A stretch of DNA of 64,000 nucleotides from a virus (lineage: Duplodnaviria > Caudoviricetes), in the IMG/VR virus record IMGVR_UViG_3300028603_000018, positions 32,001-96,000 of that record; one strand, written 5' to 3'. The translations under genes and the position numbers were made by a program. Each line of letters starts with the position of its first letter. The stretch's first letter is position 1. The notes under the pieces are model-generated. The model was not told the DNA's origin. It saw nothing but the letters and a program-made list of their open reading frames with translations, and did no database searches. Of this stretch, positions 54,999 to 64,000 are shown in pieces.

Positions 54999-55026
54999 TC
55001 TTTCTTTTTTTCTTTGTTACAAGTAA
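54999..55026. repeat. 28-bp dispersed direct repeat, copy 2
   Basis: identical to 443-470; follows a hairpin at 54963-54994. Confidence 0.8.
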
Positions 55027-55078
55027 GATTCAGCCTTTAACGGCGTGATAGTATAGTAATGATTTATAGAGATTTGAC

Positions 55079-56134
55079 ATGGATCTTAATACCGTTAATA
55101 ACCGAGTAGCTAATAGTGTCTACTTGAGTAAGCCTACAGATAAAGTCGCTGTAGCAGATATTTATAAAGATAAAAAACAAGGCGTTATCAATAGCATCCG
55201 TGACATAGGTAAAGAATATGGTTTTAATGAATCCCTCACTGCTTTACTTAGAGGAAGTCAAGATGTTATCCGTCTCTTTCCTGTAGTGAAGTCAGGATTA
55301 GAAGGTTTATCTAAAGAGAATATTCTAAATCGAGTAATGACTAGTACTAATCTACTTCGTGGTGTGGGTGCTAATCAGTTACCAGAGGGTTGGAATAATA
55401 CAGTAGATAACTTCTATAAAAACTACGGTGACTATGTTGTTCAAATAGGTAATGTAAGTAGGGTTGTTAATGGGACTAATTTTGATAACTTACAATCAGT
55501 AGGTAATTTAGTTAATCGATTAGCAGGCGAAAGCACATTACTATTTGAAGATAATGATGGATTAGCCTCCTTATCAGCTTCCATTATTAAAGAAGCTACT
55601 CAATACGGAATTCCTAATAGTTTTGATAAAGTGTTACAAACTGTTCAAAACTCTGACATTATGCTAAAGACAGCTAATAGCTGCATTCCTGTAGCTATTG
55701 AATATAGTGATATTGGAATGTTAAGATCAATTAGTAGAACATTAGGTCAGGGTAATCTACTTAACAATATTCCATCTGTATTAAGTACCTTCTCTCGTCA
55801 ATACGGTAGTTTCTTTGGTGAGACTTTCCTAGATACTAAGAACCTTCTTAATTCTCTATTAGAAACTTTCGATGAAGTCGATGAAGGGTGGAGAACGTAT
55901 GAACGTTCTGGTACTTCTACTGAGATTGATGATGTTTATGTCATGACTACAGCTTCGGCTGATATGAAGAACCTAATTAGTGGTGTGAAGACTTCTTATG
56001 AGTGGGATGATCAAAAACTACAGATAGGTACTTCCTTTAGTAGGGTAAGTGTGGATGAAGAGATCAAACGCCAATTACCTAGAAAAGCGGATATTAATTA
56101 CTATAACGAAGTCAGTCCGTATTTAGATATTTAA
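55079..56134 (+). CDS. virion structural protein
   Basis: 351 aa; upstream of the gp182-like gene as in related phages. Confidence 0.65.
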   Translation: MDLNTVNNRVANSVYLSKPTDKVAVADIYKDKKQGVINSIRDIGKEYGFNESLTALLRGSQDVIRLFPVVKSGLEGLSKENILNRVMTSTNLLRGVGANQLPEGWNNTVDNFYKNYGDYVVQIGNVSRVVNGTNFDNLQSVGNLVNRLAGESTLLFEDNDGLASLSASIIKEATQYGIPNSFDKVLQTVQNSDIMLKTANSCIPVAIEYSDIGMLRSISRTLGQGNLLNNIPSVLSTFSRQYGSFFGETFLDTKNLLNSLLETFDEVDEGWRTYERSGTSTEIDDVYVMTTASADMKNLISGVKTSYEWDDQKLQIGTSFSRVSVDEEIKRQLPRKADINYYNEVSPYLDI

Positions 56135-56153
56135 AAAAAGGAATAAATAGACA

Positions 56154-58166
56154 ATGGCTTCATATTTAGAAAAAAGATTTGAAGAACAACGTAATTATGT
56201 TTTAGGTATTGATAACAGGAGTTGGTTACGTGATTCTTTACTAGCCAGAGGAGCTTTATCAAAATTAGATGAAGATTCCCCTATCTACTATTCTACTGCT
56301 GATACCAAATATACTGATACGACATTAGGTGGTAACTTTGCTATTAACCCTCCTCCTCAATGGACGCGTAGTGCTGATATTAAAAGAAGAGGGAGAAGTA
56401 AGTATGGTCACGGTATGGGAAGAGCTTATAGTGAAAGAATTGATGACTACAGTCAGCTTGTCCATATGCGTTTAGGTGTAGCGTCTTTTAACTCACTATC
56501 TACTTTCGTTGGAAACTTCTATAACCATAACTTAGGCACTTTATCTAGAACAGGTCGTGGTCCTGGCGTTATGTTCATGGCAGGTAAAGCAGTAGGTTTC
56601 GTTGTCGCTATTGCTGCTTGGAAGATTCAAGCCCTTATGTTAATTGGACAAGGCGTCGCATTCTTCTTGGAAAAAGGTTCTACTCGGTTTTATAAGTTAA
56701 AACCTACTATGCCTATTTACTGGAATACAGTGCAAACCATTGTTAACCAATTAGCAGTTAACTTAGGCGTATCTCCTAGAGCTATTCAAAATGCCCCAGT
56801 AGGTAATGCAATCTTACAAGGGTATCAGTTTACTGAAGGTGATGCTAATCGACTCAGAGAGGCTTTTCCTGGCTTATTTACTAGAATGGGTTCTATTGAT
56901 GTTTGGGCATTAGCTAATAGATCTCAACGTATGTATATTAACCAAATCTCTAAAGCAGATAATTTATACGGTAAATATGAAGGCGGGATTAAAGATAGTT
57001 TAGAAAATGATATTAGAGAACTCTATCAAGGTGAAGTGACTGATCCTGGTAGACGCGCTTATGTTGATTATCTAGATAGTTGGTTAAATACCGCAGCAGG
57101 AACTCCAGAAGGTGTTGTTACTGATGAACAAGGTCAGATTGTTAGTGCGGGTATTGAGACGATAAACTCCTTAGAAAGAGGAGATGTTCCTAGACTCGTC
57201 GACTACTATGAAGCTGAACTTTATGATGGTAGTGCTTTTATTACCTTTAGAGTTAACTATACGGGTTCAGTCTCTGATTCTGTTTCTAACCAATCAGGAG
57301 AATCCGATATCGGTAATACTCTAAATGGCTTAGTAAGTAAAGCTAAAGAAGCTACCTTTGCATTTGCTGGAGGTAACATCGCTCCTGGTGTAGGTGAAGT
57401 TATTAAAATGGCTGGCAACTTTGTATCAGGTGCTCTAGATAGTTTTGGATTGACTGGTGTAGTTAACGCAGCAGTAGGCGGGGCTTTTGTTGATATTCCT
57501 AGTCAATGGAAGAGTTCTTCTGCTTCATTTAACAAATCCACTTACACAATCGATTTAGTCTCTCCTTATAACCATCCAATGGCTAAACTGATGTTTCAGT
57601 ATATTCCAATGGCTATGTTAATGGCAGCAGCTTTCCCAAGATCAACAGGTACGCAATCGTATTACGCTCCACCTATGTTAGAGTTCTATGACCAAGGTCG
57701 TGCACAAACTCGATTAGGTATGATTAGTGATCTTAGTTTTGAGAGAGGTTTCACTAACTTAGGTTTTAACCATAGTAACCGAGCTATGGGAATTAGGGCT
57801 ACGTTTAGTATTGCTGATATGTCTAATATTGTTCATGTACCTATTTCTGTTAATAATGGTTTATTAGAATTGATTACTGGTACAGTATTAGGTGGTGGTA
57901 GAGGTGCTGTTACAGGCATTATGAAAAACATCGGTAATCAGATGTTCGATGATGAAAGTCCTTTTAACGACTATTTAGGCGTCATAGCGGGCTTAAGCGT
58001 AGCTGACCAGGTCTTCACCTTACGTAAAGCTAAACTACGTGCTACAAGAGCTTTAATGAACTGGGAACGATGGACTTCTCCAGCTCGCTTAGCTCATATT
58101 ACAGGTGACTGGATTCCTTCTAGACTTCTTTCAATGCTTTATCCAGTTAACCATAAACTGGGATAA
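56154..58166 (+). CDS. tail/baseplate protein (phiKZ gp182-like)
   Basis: KYTDTTLGGNFAINPPPQWTRSAD, GMGRAYSERIDD, FYKLKPTM..YW..V; convergent with the gp181-like gene. Confidence 0.75.
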   Translation: MASYLEKRFEEQRNYVLGIDNRSWLRDSLLARGALSKLDEDSPIYYSTADTKYTDTTLGGNFAINPPPQWTRSADIKRRGRSKYGHGMGRAYSERIDDYSQLVHMRLGVASFNSLSTFVGNFYNHNLGTLSRTGRGPGVMFMAGKAVGFVVAIAAWKIQALMLIGQGVAFFLEKGSTRFYKLKPTMPIYWNTVQTIVNQLAVNLGVSPRAIQNAPVGNAILQGYQFTEGDANRLREAFPGLFTRMGSIDVWALANRSQRMYINQISKADNLYGKYEGGIKDSLENDIRELYQGEVTDPGRRAYVDYLDSWLNTAAGTPEGVVTDEQGQIVSAGIETINSLERGDVPRLVDYYEAELYDGSAFITFRVNYTGSVSDSVSNQSGESDIGNTLNGLVSKAKEATFAFAGGNIAPGVGEVIKMAGNFVSGALDSFGLTGVVNAAVGGAFVDIPSQWKSSSASFNKSTYTIDLVSPYNHPMAKLMFQYIPMAMLMAAAFPRSTGTQSYYAPPMLEFYDQGRAQTRLGMISDLSFERGFTNLGFNHSNRAMGIRATFSIADMSNIVHVPISVNNGLLELITGTVLGGGRGAVTGIMKNIGNQMFDDESPFNDYLGVIAGLSVADQVFTLRKAKLRATRALMNWERWTSPARLAHITGDWIPSRLLSMLYPVNHKLG

Positions 58167-58177
58167 TAGTAATCACA

Positions 58178-58216
58178 GCATAAAAAGGGAGAGCTAATTG
58201 CTCTCCCCTTTATGCC
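58178..58216. repeat. 21-bp hairpin element copy (bidirectional terminator)
   Basis: gcataaaaa-gggagagctaattgctctccc-ctttatgcc. Confidence 0.8.
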
Positions 58217-58219
58217 CTA

Positions 58220-61200
58220 TTAAATATTTCTACGTGTATTTACAATTGGAGTAGGCCAGTTATCTTTATTTCGTTGCCGATTAAAGTAAGCAGCTTCCTC
58301 TGGAGTAGTAGGTTTATTTAAACCACTGACCTTACTAAATAGTTCAGTCATACTGTCTTTACTTAGTGCATGACTAATCTTAGAGATGTCTTTACTCATT
58401 GACTGTAGTACAGTGAGTTGCTCTTGAGCAATGTCTCTTGATTTTGTCATAGCTTCTAAATGAAGATCTTTATCAGTTTGTTGCTTAGCAGCAGCTTGCT
58501 GATACATTGTCTCAGGCATGAGACCAGTGATGCTTTGATTCCCTAAAGCAGTGGGCATACCAGTGCGCTTATCCTCAGAAGGATAAATACCAACACGCCC
58601 TTTGTTTTCCTCTACTGCTTTTTCAGCTGTAGTGGTGAGATTTCCACCTGTTACACTAAAACGTACTTTATTATCCCCAATTTTTGACATCAGAGTGTTA
58701 AAAGCAGTTAGTGAGTTTCTGATAGTTACATCACCAGCTTGTTTATTAATAAGCTGACCAATGATAATTTCATTGTTTCTACTCACTGTTTGGTCAGCGT
58801 TAGAACCATTACCAGAGCTTAATACACCTACTTTATTATTTCCTGACCAAATCTCATAAACAGAACCTTGAGATTTATTAACACTAGGAATAAGTTCGTA
58901 TGTACCTGGCTTAAAGTTATCACTGAGTTCAATAGTAGAGAAAACTTCACCATTGGACAATTGTAATTTACCTACCATTACTTTTTCTTTAGTTGTAGTG
59001 CGTGTTAAAGATAAGGTAAGGGTAGTTTTTGTAGAGATATTATTCTCTCCAACAGAAGTACGAGGATCATGACCTTGTATTCGATTAGAAGTAATACCTG
59101 TACCACCTAGAGGATTATCTGAAGGTGTTGATACGTTAACATTAGCTCCAACTTCAGAACGATACTCACTTGGATCACGACCACCATCTTCTTTAGGTAT
59201 AATAGAGCCGCCTAAAGGAAGTGTGGAAGATCTACTTACAGTTTCAGGTGCTACTGTCGGTACATTAGATTCACTGATTGAAGTATTAATCCCTTCACTA
59301 GAACCTGTAGCAGGTAGAATTACACCACTGTGTGTATCTGGTGGTGGAAAGTGTCCTGTCTCAGTACCAGCTTTAATCCCTAAATGGCGTTTACGTACAG
59401 AACGAATACGACTCTGGAAATAATTAATGATATCAGCAAAAGTTCTTGGTCTGCGTGTTTCCTTATCATAGAAAACCCATTTATTAGCATTAGCTGCTTT
59501 AGGTAAGAGTTGAGCTGCTACAGCACCAGGGTTATTACCCATGGCTTTTAAAAAGCTAGTAGCTCCACCTGGACCTAAGAAGTGCGCTAAATAAAGATCT
59601 AACATACTAATTTTCCTATTAGGGAAATTATTCGTTAGTGTCTTATGGTTTTCTTTCATGTACTCAGCAGTCATTAAAGAGTTAGCAATGGGATCTAAAC
59701 GACTTACACCTGGTTGGAGTCCATACTTACCTCCATAGCGTTTAATCATTGCTTCCCACGTACTTTTAATAAACTGTCCTAAACCCATTGCAGAAGAAGT
59801 ACCTGGCCTAGCTTGGTTCCTAAAATCAGATTCTAATCCAATATAGGTAGCTAGATCCGTAGCACTGACTCCAGCAGCTTTTGCTACACCATCAATCATG
59901 TCCTTATAATGCAAATAGCTGTTATCTCCTGTCGGTAAAGGGATACCTTCGTACTTAGTATCAGTTCCTTTACCTAAAGAAACTTCACCTAAGTCAGTTG
60001 GTAATGCACCTCGATCTTCACCGGGTAGACCAAAACCACTCACTTGACCATGAATACCGTAGACTTGAGGTTCACTTTTTGTCCTGTACATCGAACCATG
60101 ATCTGCACCACTTGCATGTGCTTCTGTTCGATTAATAGGACTGCCTAAACCTCGTACATTTGATTGTTCTTGTGGTATAAAGGTAGATAGCGCAGCTTTA
60201 GTAGAAGAACTCGTAGTATTTAGTGCCTGTTCTTGGTTAAGCTTAGTATCACTTGCTTCTTTCTCAATAGCTTTGATATTTATTTCAACAGTCTTGCTAT
60301 CTGTGTTGAGTTCAATATCATCCCAAGGAGAATCAGTAATAGACCAAACACTAACTTTTATTCCGTCTACAGTTGTCATGACAGAGCTAACGATTCTAGC
60401 AAATTCTAATCTATCACTAGCACCCATCATGTCTAACTGATATTGTACTAGGTTAGATTTTGTTTTTTGCTGAATAATAGAAGCAGCAGTCGTATAAACA
60501 GGTAAGAAACGTAAACTAAACCAACGGTTAAATAAAGCAGCTCTTTCGCTAGATGGACTACTAATACCAAAGTGAGGAAGGAAGGTTTCATGCACACTAC
60601 TTAAATCACCTTCCCAGATAACAGTTTCATTATCTTGAACTCTTAATCCTTCAGTACAGTATGATTCTAACTCCCTTAAGATCTTTACTTTACTTAATGT
60701 AAATTCAGATAAGCCGTAAGTTTTAAAACGTACAGCATCAACTGCTTTAATATAACTAGGTACGCGGTTATTAATTAGTTCTACTTTAGAAGCATAACTA
60801 CTTGTAATAGTTTTACCTGCTTCTTTAACAGATTGTCCGTGTAGTAATTTAGGATCAGCTTCTTTACTTTCTTCTCCTTCTTTCTTAGGTTGTTCCGTAG
60901 CTTTATCCTCAGGATTTGCACTTTGCTCTTTAAGAAGTTCTGCACGTTTCTTATTACCGATCTTAGTACTTAGTTTCTTATCGACTTCATTCCAAATAGA
61001 ATCAACTTCCACAGGACCCATAACTAAAGGTTTCTCTGAGAAAGGGTTAGAATCTACTTCATAAGGTCCATTTTTGAAACGAGTAGCTTGATGGTATCTA
61101 ATCTTATCTTCTGGTTTTAACTTGTCTACTTTTTGTAAATCAGTATTACCAGCGATACGACTAATGATTCCAATATGGATTAAGAAAATAGGAATAAACC

Positions 61201-64000
61201 TTAACCTTAGCCATTCATCAACGCGAGCATATTCTTCTTCATCATCAATCTCTATTTTTAAAGCATTAAGAATTTCTCTAGGATCAATCGTGCTTCTTAA
61301 ACTCGGAATTCCTTCTGGACTAAAGTTTAAATGACTTGTTAATTTATCTTCCAATGCAAAAATGCGTTCAAAAGCAGAGTCATCTGAACTAAAGCCGTAT
61401 TGAGCAATTCGATAAGAAGAAACTTCACCAGGTTTTGGCCTAGTTACGTATTTGTAAATACTGTAAGCTGCATGTGCTGTTCCTGCTATAGCTAAACCTT
61501 TAAGAATGATAGGAGAAGCGATAATGCCAGCAGTAGCACCTAACCCAATACCTAAAGTACGTAGAGCAAGACCAAATGCAGGTTTAACTAACCGCATTGC
61601 TGCATTATCAACCACTCTACCGACAACACGAGCATTCTTAATTAATCCAACACCTTTCTTAGCAGCCCATTTACCACCAGCAAAACCTTTACGTAAGCTC
61701 TGACCAGAGAATAGTCGCTTGATAAATCCACCAGCTTTTTTAATTGGTTTAATTTTATTAAGTGTAGCACCTATATTCTTAGTAGCATTCGCTACATTTT
61801 TAGCACCAGCTCGTATTGAAGTAGCAGCTTTCTTACCTGTAGCAAGCCCGCCTCTAAAACCACCAGGACCTTTAGCAACCTTAGCAGCTCCTCTACCAAA
61901 GATCTTACCAAGACCTTTACCTATCGCCTTACCGCCTAATAGACTACCTAAGAGAGAACCTACAGATCCTAAAGAACTTATTCCTAGCTTACCTAAAATA
62001 GCCTTTAGCGCTTTACCTTTTAATCCACCAAATAGATTCCCGAATAAATCATTAAAGATATTACTTTGTTCACCCTTTTCTTCACTCTGAGTATCTACTT
62101 CATCCGAGACCTCACTAGTAGCTCTACTCATTAAATCTTCGTATGAGCCTTTACGTGGTCCTTTTTCTCTTTGCTCTCTATCCTTATCGATTTTAAGCAT
62201 CTCTTTTAATACATCAAGAGTTTGACTTAATTTATCAGTAAGAGAAAGATTCATGGTATCGATACTGTCAGTGACAGGACTTTCTTCATCCTCTTTAGTC
62301 TTCTTACTAAACCAGTTATAGTTACTAGCAAAATCTAACGCTTTATTCTTTAAAGTTTCTACGTGGTTTTTAATTGGTCCAAAACCTACACCAACGCCAG
62401 AAAGACCCAAAGTAAACCGGCTCTTTTTAATAGCGTTAGTGATTCGAGTAATTCTACTCTCACCGTCTATTTCTCCTTTCTTGAATCGCTTAAAAGGATT
62501 GAGATTATTAAAGACACCTAAACGAGGTGAAGTACTGTCATCATCTTTACTAATGACTTCTTCTGCATCTTTAACAAATGCTTTAATTTGATCAATGACT
62601 TTCTTACCTTCTTCTGTAAGAGGATCTAAATTCGTGACATTGTCTAAGATTTCTTTAAAATCAATACCAGATAGTCTACCTTCTATATCAGTCTGAGCTT
62701 TCTGATATAAATCTTTAACTTTCTGAACAACATCTTCTTTTTCTAAAAGACGTTTAGCAGCTTCAGCTTCTGTAATGACATATTCTTTAACTTGTCGTGC
62801 TTTTGATCTAGCCTTTACTTTAGCGTCTTGTAAGTTTTTAAAGAATTTACTCTCAGTGAGTTTTTCTCTACCTTCTCTAACCCGACCTTTTATACTGTAT
62901 TTATCATCTAAGTTATCAAAGAGTTCCTTAGCGTCTTTAAAGTAATCAGGTTTCTTTACTTCAGGTAGTTCATCATCATAATCACCATCTACATAAAACT
63001 CAATTAAGCGCTTAGGATCAATTCTGCCTTCTTTAATAATACCTGCTTCTTCTAAATAACTACTTAAACCAGATTCTACATAGTTCTGAATAACACGATG
63101 ATTAGAAGAAATAGTACTACCTAAATCTCTAAAACGGTTAGAGAATTCTACTTCACGTTCTTTAAACTCATCATCCTTATAATACTCTTTAAATAAATCA
63201 CTAACTGTCTTAGCATCCTCTTCACCTAAATCAGCAAAGAACTCAGCACTACTAAAGTTTTCTCTAGAAGGTAGGATTTCTCTATAGTTATCACTTAAGA
63301 ACTTAATAGCTAATCTACGTCTTAACTCAGGATCGAGATTCTCTCCTCCGATTTCATCAATTAGATTATAAGCATCGCTCTTTACCCACTTACCACCATC
63401 CTTATTGATAATGTCACGAACAATGGATTGTCCGATACTAGAGCTATCTGTAAAACTATTAGAAGTATAATCGTAAGCTACTAATCCTGCTCTTTCATTA
63501 CCTGTTCTTAAGATGTGAATTTCACGATGAATCCTAGAGAGTAAACCCGGTATAATCTCAGTTAAAGATTTAGAGTCCTGTCGTTTCCATACAGCTGGTT
63601 TATTAATACTACTGATATTATCTACTGCTATATCTGTACGGGATTTATCGCTTTGAATTAATCCACCTAAAATACGAGCAGCAGGTGAAAGTAGTCGATC
63701 TTTCTTACCGTATTCTTCTAACCAAGGTTTGTAGTTTCTAGTAATGAAGTTTAACTGCCCACCTAATCGCCGAAGTCTTGGTCTTTCATTGAGCTTTTCT
63801 TGGATACGCCCACCAAAAGCATGAGCTAAGATAGTTGGTAAGAAACCACCTATCATCTCACCAGCCATGCGCTGATTAGACATCCCTCCCAGACCACTCA
63901 TACCAGACATCATTGATGCACTCGATGCCATCATATCAGCACCGAACAACATAGACTGAATACCAGTAGAGACTTCTTTAATAGCCTGACGGCTATTACG
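58220..64000 (-). CDS. large tail protein (tape-measure-like) with lytic transglycosylase domain (phiKZ gp181-like), 5'-truncated by the window edge
   Basis: frame open to base 64000; SLT motifs GLES, SSAMGLGQFIKSTW, LYLAHFLGPGGA at ~59415-59910; basic Gly/Ala-rich and hydrophobic segments. Confidence 0.88.
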   Translation of the reverse strand, partial: RNSRQAIKEVSTGIQSMLFGADMMASSASMMSGMSGLGGMSNQRMAGEMIGGFLPTILAHAFGGRIQEKLNERPRLRRLGGQLNFITRNYKPWLEEYGKKDRLLSPAARILGGLIQSDKSRTDIAVDNISSINKPAVWKRQDSKSLTEIIPGLLSRIHREIHILRTGNERAGLVAYDYTSNSFTDSSSIGQSIVRDIINKDGGKWVKSDAYNLIDEIGGENLDPELRRRLAIKFLSDNYREILPSRENFSSAEFFADLGEEDAKTVSDLFKEYYKDDEFKEREVEFSNRFRDLGSTISSNHRVIQNYVESGLSSYLEEAGIIKEGRIDPKRLIEFYVDGDYDDELPEVKKPDYFKDAKELFDNLDDKYSIKGRVREGREKLTESKFFKNLQDAKVKARSKARQVKEYVITEAEAAKRLLEKEDVVQKVKDLYQKAQTDIEGRLSGIDFKEILDNVTNLDPLTEEGKKVIDQIKAFVKDAEEVISKDDDSTSPRLGVFNNLNPFKRFKKGEIDGESRITRITNAIKKSRFTLGLSGVGVGFGPIKNHVETLKNKALDFASNYNWFSKKTKEDEESPVTDSIDTMNLSLTDKLSQTLDVLKEMLKIDKDREQREKGPRKGSYEDLMSRATSEVSDEVDTQSEEKGEQSNIFNDLFGNLFGGLKGKALKAILGKLGISSLGSVGSLLGSLLGGKAIGKGLGKIFGRGAAKVAKGPGGFRGGLATGKKAATSIRAGAKNVANATKNIGATLNKIKPIKKAGGFIKRLFSGQSLRKGFAGGKWAAKKGVGLIKNARVVGRVVDNAAMRLVKPAFGLALRTLGIGLGATAGIIASPIILKGLAIAGTAHAAYSIYKYVTRPKPGEVSSYRIAQYGFSSDDSAFERIFALEDKLTSHLNFSPEGIPSLRSTIDPREILNALKIEIDDEEEYARVDEWLRLRFIPIFLIHIGIISRIAGNTDLQKVDKLKPEDKIRYHQATRFKNGPYEVDSNPFSEKPLVMGPVEVDSIWNEVDKKLSTKIGNKKRAELLKEQSANPEDKATEQPKKEGEESKEADPKLLHGQSVKEAGKTITSSYASKVELINNRVPSYIKAVDAVRFKTYGLSEFTLSKVKILRELESYCTEGLRVQDNETVIWEGDLSSVHETFLPHFGISSPSSERAALFNRWFSLRFLPVYTTAASIIQQKTKSNLVQYQLDMMGASDRLEFARIVSSVMTTVDGIKVSVWSITDSPWDDIELNTDSKTVEINIKAIEKEASDTKLNQEQALNTTSSSTKAALSTFIPQEQSNVRGLGSPINRTEAHASGADHGSMYRTKSEPQVYGIHGQVSGFGLPGEDRGALPTDLGEVSLGKGTDTKYEGIPLPTGDNSYLHYKDMIDGVAKAAGVSATDLATYIGLESDFRNQARPGTSSAMGLGQFIKSTWEAMIKRYGGKYGLQPGVSRLDPIANSLMTAEYMKENHKTLTNNFPNRKISMLDLYLAHFLGPGGATSFLKAMGNNPGAVAAQLLPKAANANKWVFYDKETRRPRTFADIINYFQSRIRSVRKRHLGIKAGTETGHFPPPDTHSGVILPATGSSEGINTSISESNVPTVAPETVSRSSTLPLGGSIIPKEDGGRDPSEYRSEVGANVNVSTPSDNPLGGTGITSNRIQGHDPRTSVGENNISTKTTLTLSLTRTTTKEKVMVGKLQLSNGEVFSTIELSDNFKPGTYELIPSVNKSQGSVYEIWSGNNKVGVLSSGNGSNADQTVSRNNEIIIGQLINKQAGDVTIRNSLTAFNTLMSKIGDNKVRFSVTGGNLTTTAEKAVEENKGRVGIYPSEDKRTGMPTALGNQSITGLMPETMYQQAAAKQQTDKDLHLEAMTKSRDIAQEQLTVLQSMSKDISKISHALSKDSMTELFSKVSGLNKPTTPEEAAYFNRQRNKDNWPTPIVNTRRNI

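Noticed and set aside
57-58216. Repeated hairpins as a CRISPR array or integron attC array
   Set aside because: They are dispersed rather than regularly spaced, lack GTTRRRY cores, and no cas or integrase gene is in the window.
59223-62090. Plus-strand ORFs inside the giant tail gene
   Set aside because: Antisense shadows without expression signals.

Overview
This is an AT-rich 64 kb segment of a phiKZ-like (nucleus-forming, Chimalliviridae-type) jumbo phage genome. All assignments come from motif recognition and recalled phiKZ gene order; no database search was run. Bases ~1-15.7 kb form a + strand accessory region of small ORFs, including ClpP, a zinc deaminase, LamG, Kelch and other virion-accessory proteins, a tRNA(CAT) and an unusual D-arm-less tRNA(TCT)-like RNA. 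Bases ~15.8-64 kb hold the core genes: an intein-containing SF2 helicase, DnaB, major capsid, two split RNA polymerase beta pieces, portal, baseplate/virion proteins, RuvC, spanins, a CYTH-like protein, central spike, SbcC, RecA/UvsX and a large tail protein with a lytic transglycosylase domain that runs off the window. The main candidate novel system is a set of four dispersed genes that join a short shared N-terminal leader (MSKEL/MSKDL/MREIL) to unrelated adhesin-like domains. Two carry a homopolymer exactly at the leader/domain junction: C10 (in frame) and G6 (out of frame, needing a -1 shift), consistent with phase-variable or slippage-controlled modular virion adhesins. Also notable are a dispersed GCATA...TATGC hairpin family and a repeated promoter that together delimit single-gene cassettes, and several structured non-coding RNA candidates.
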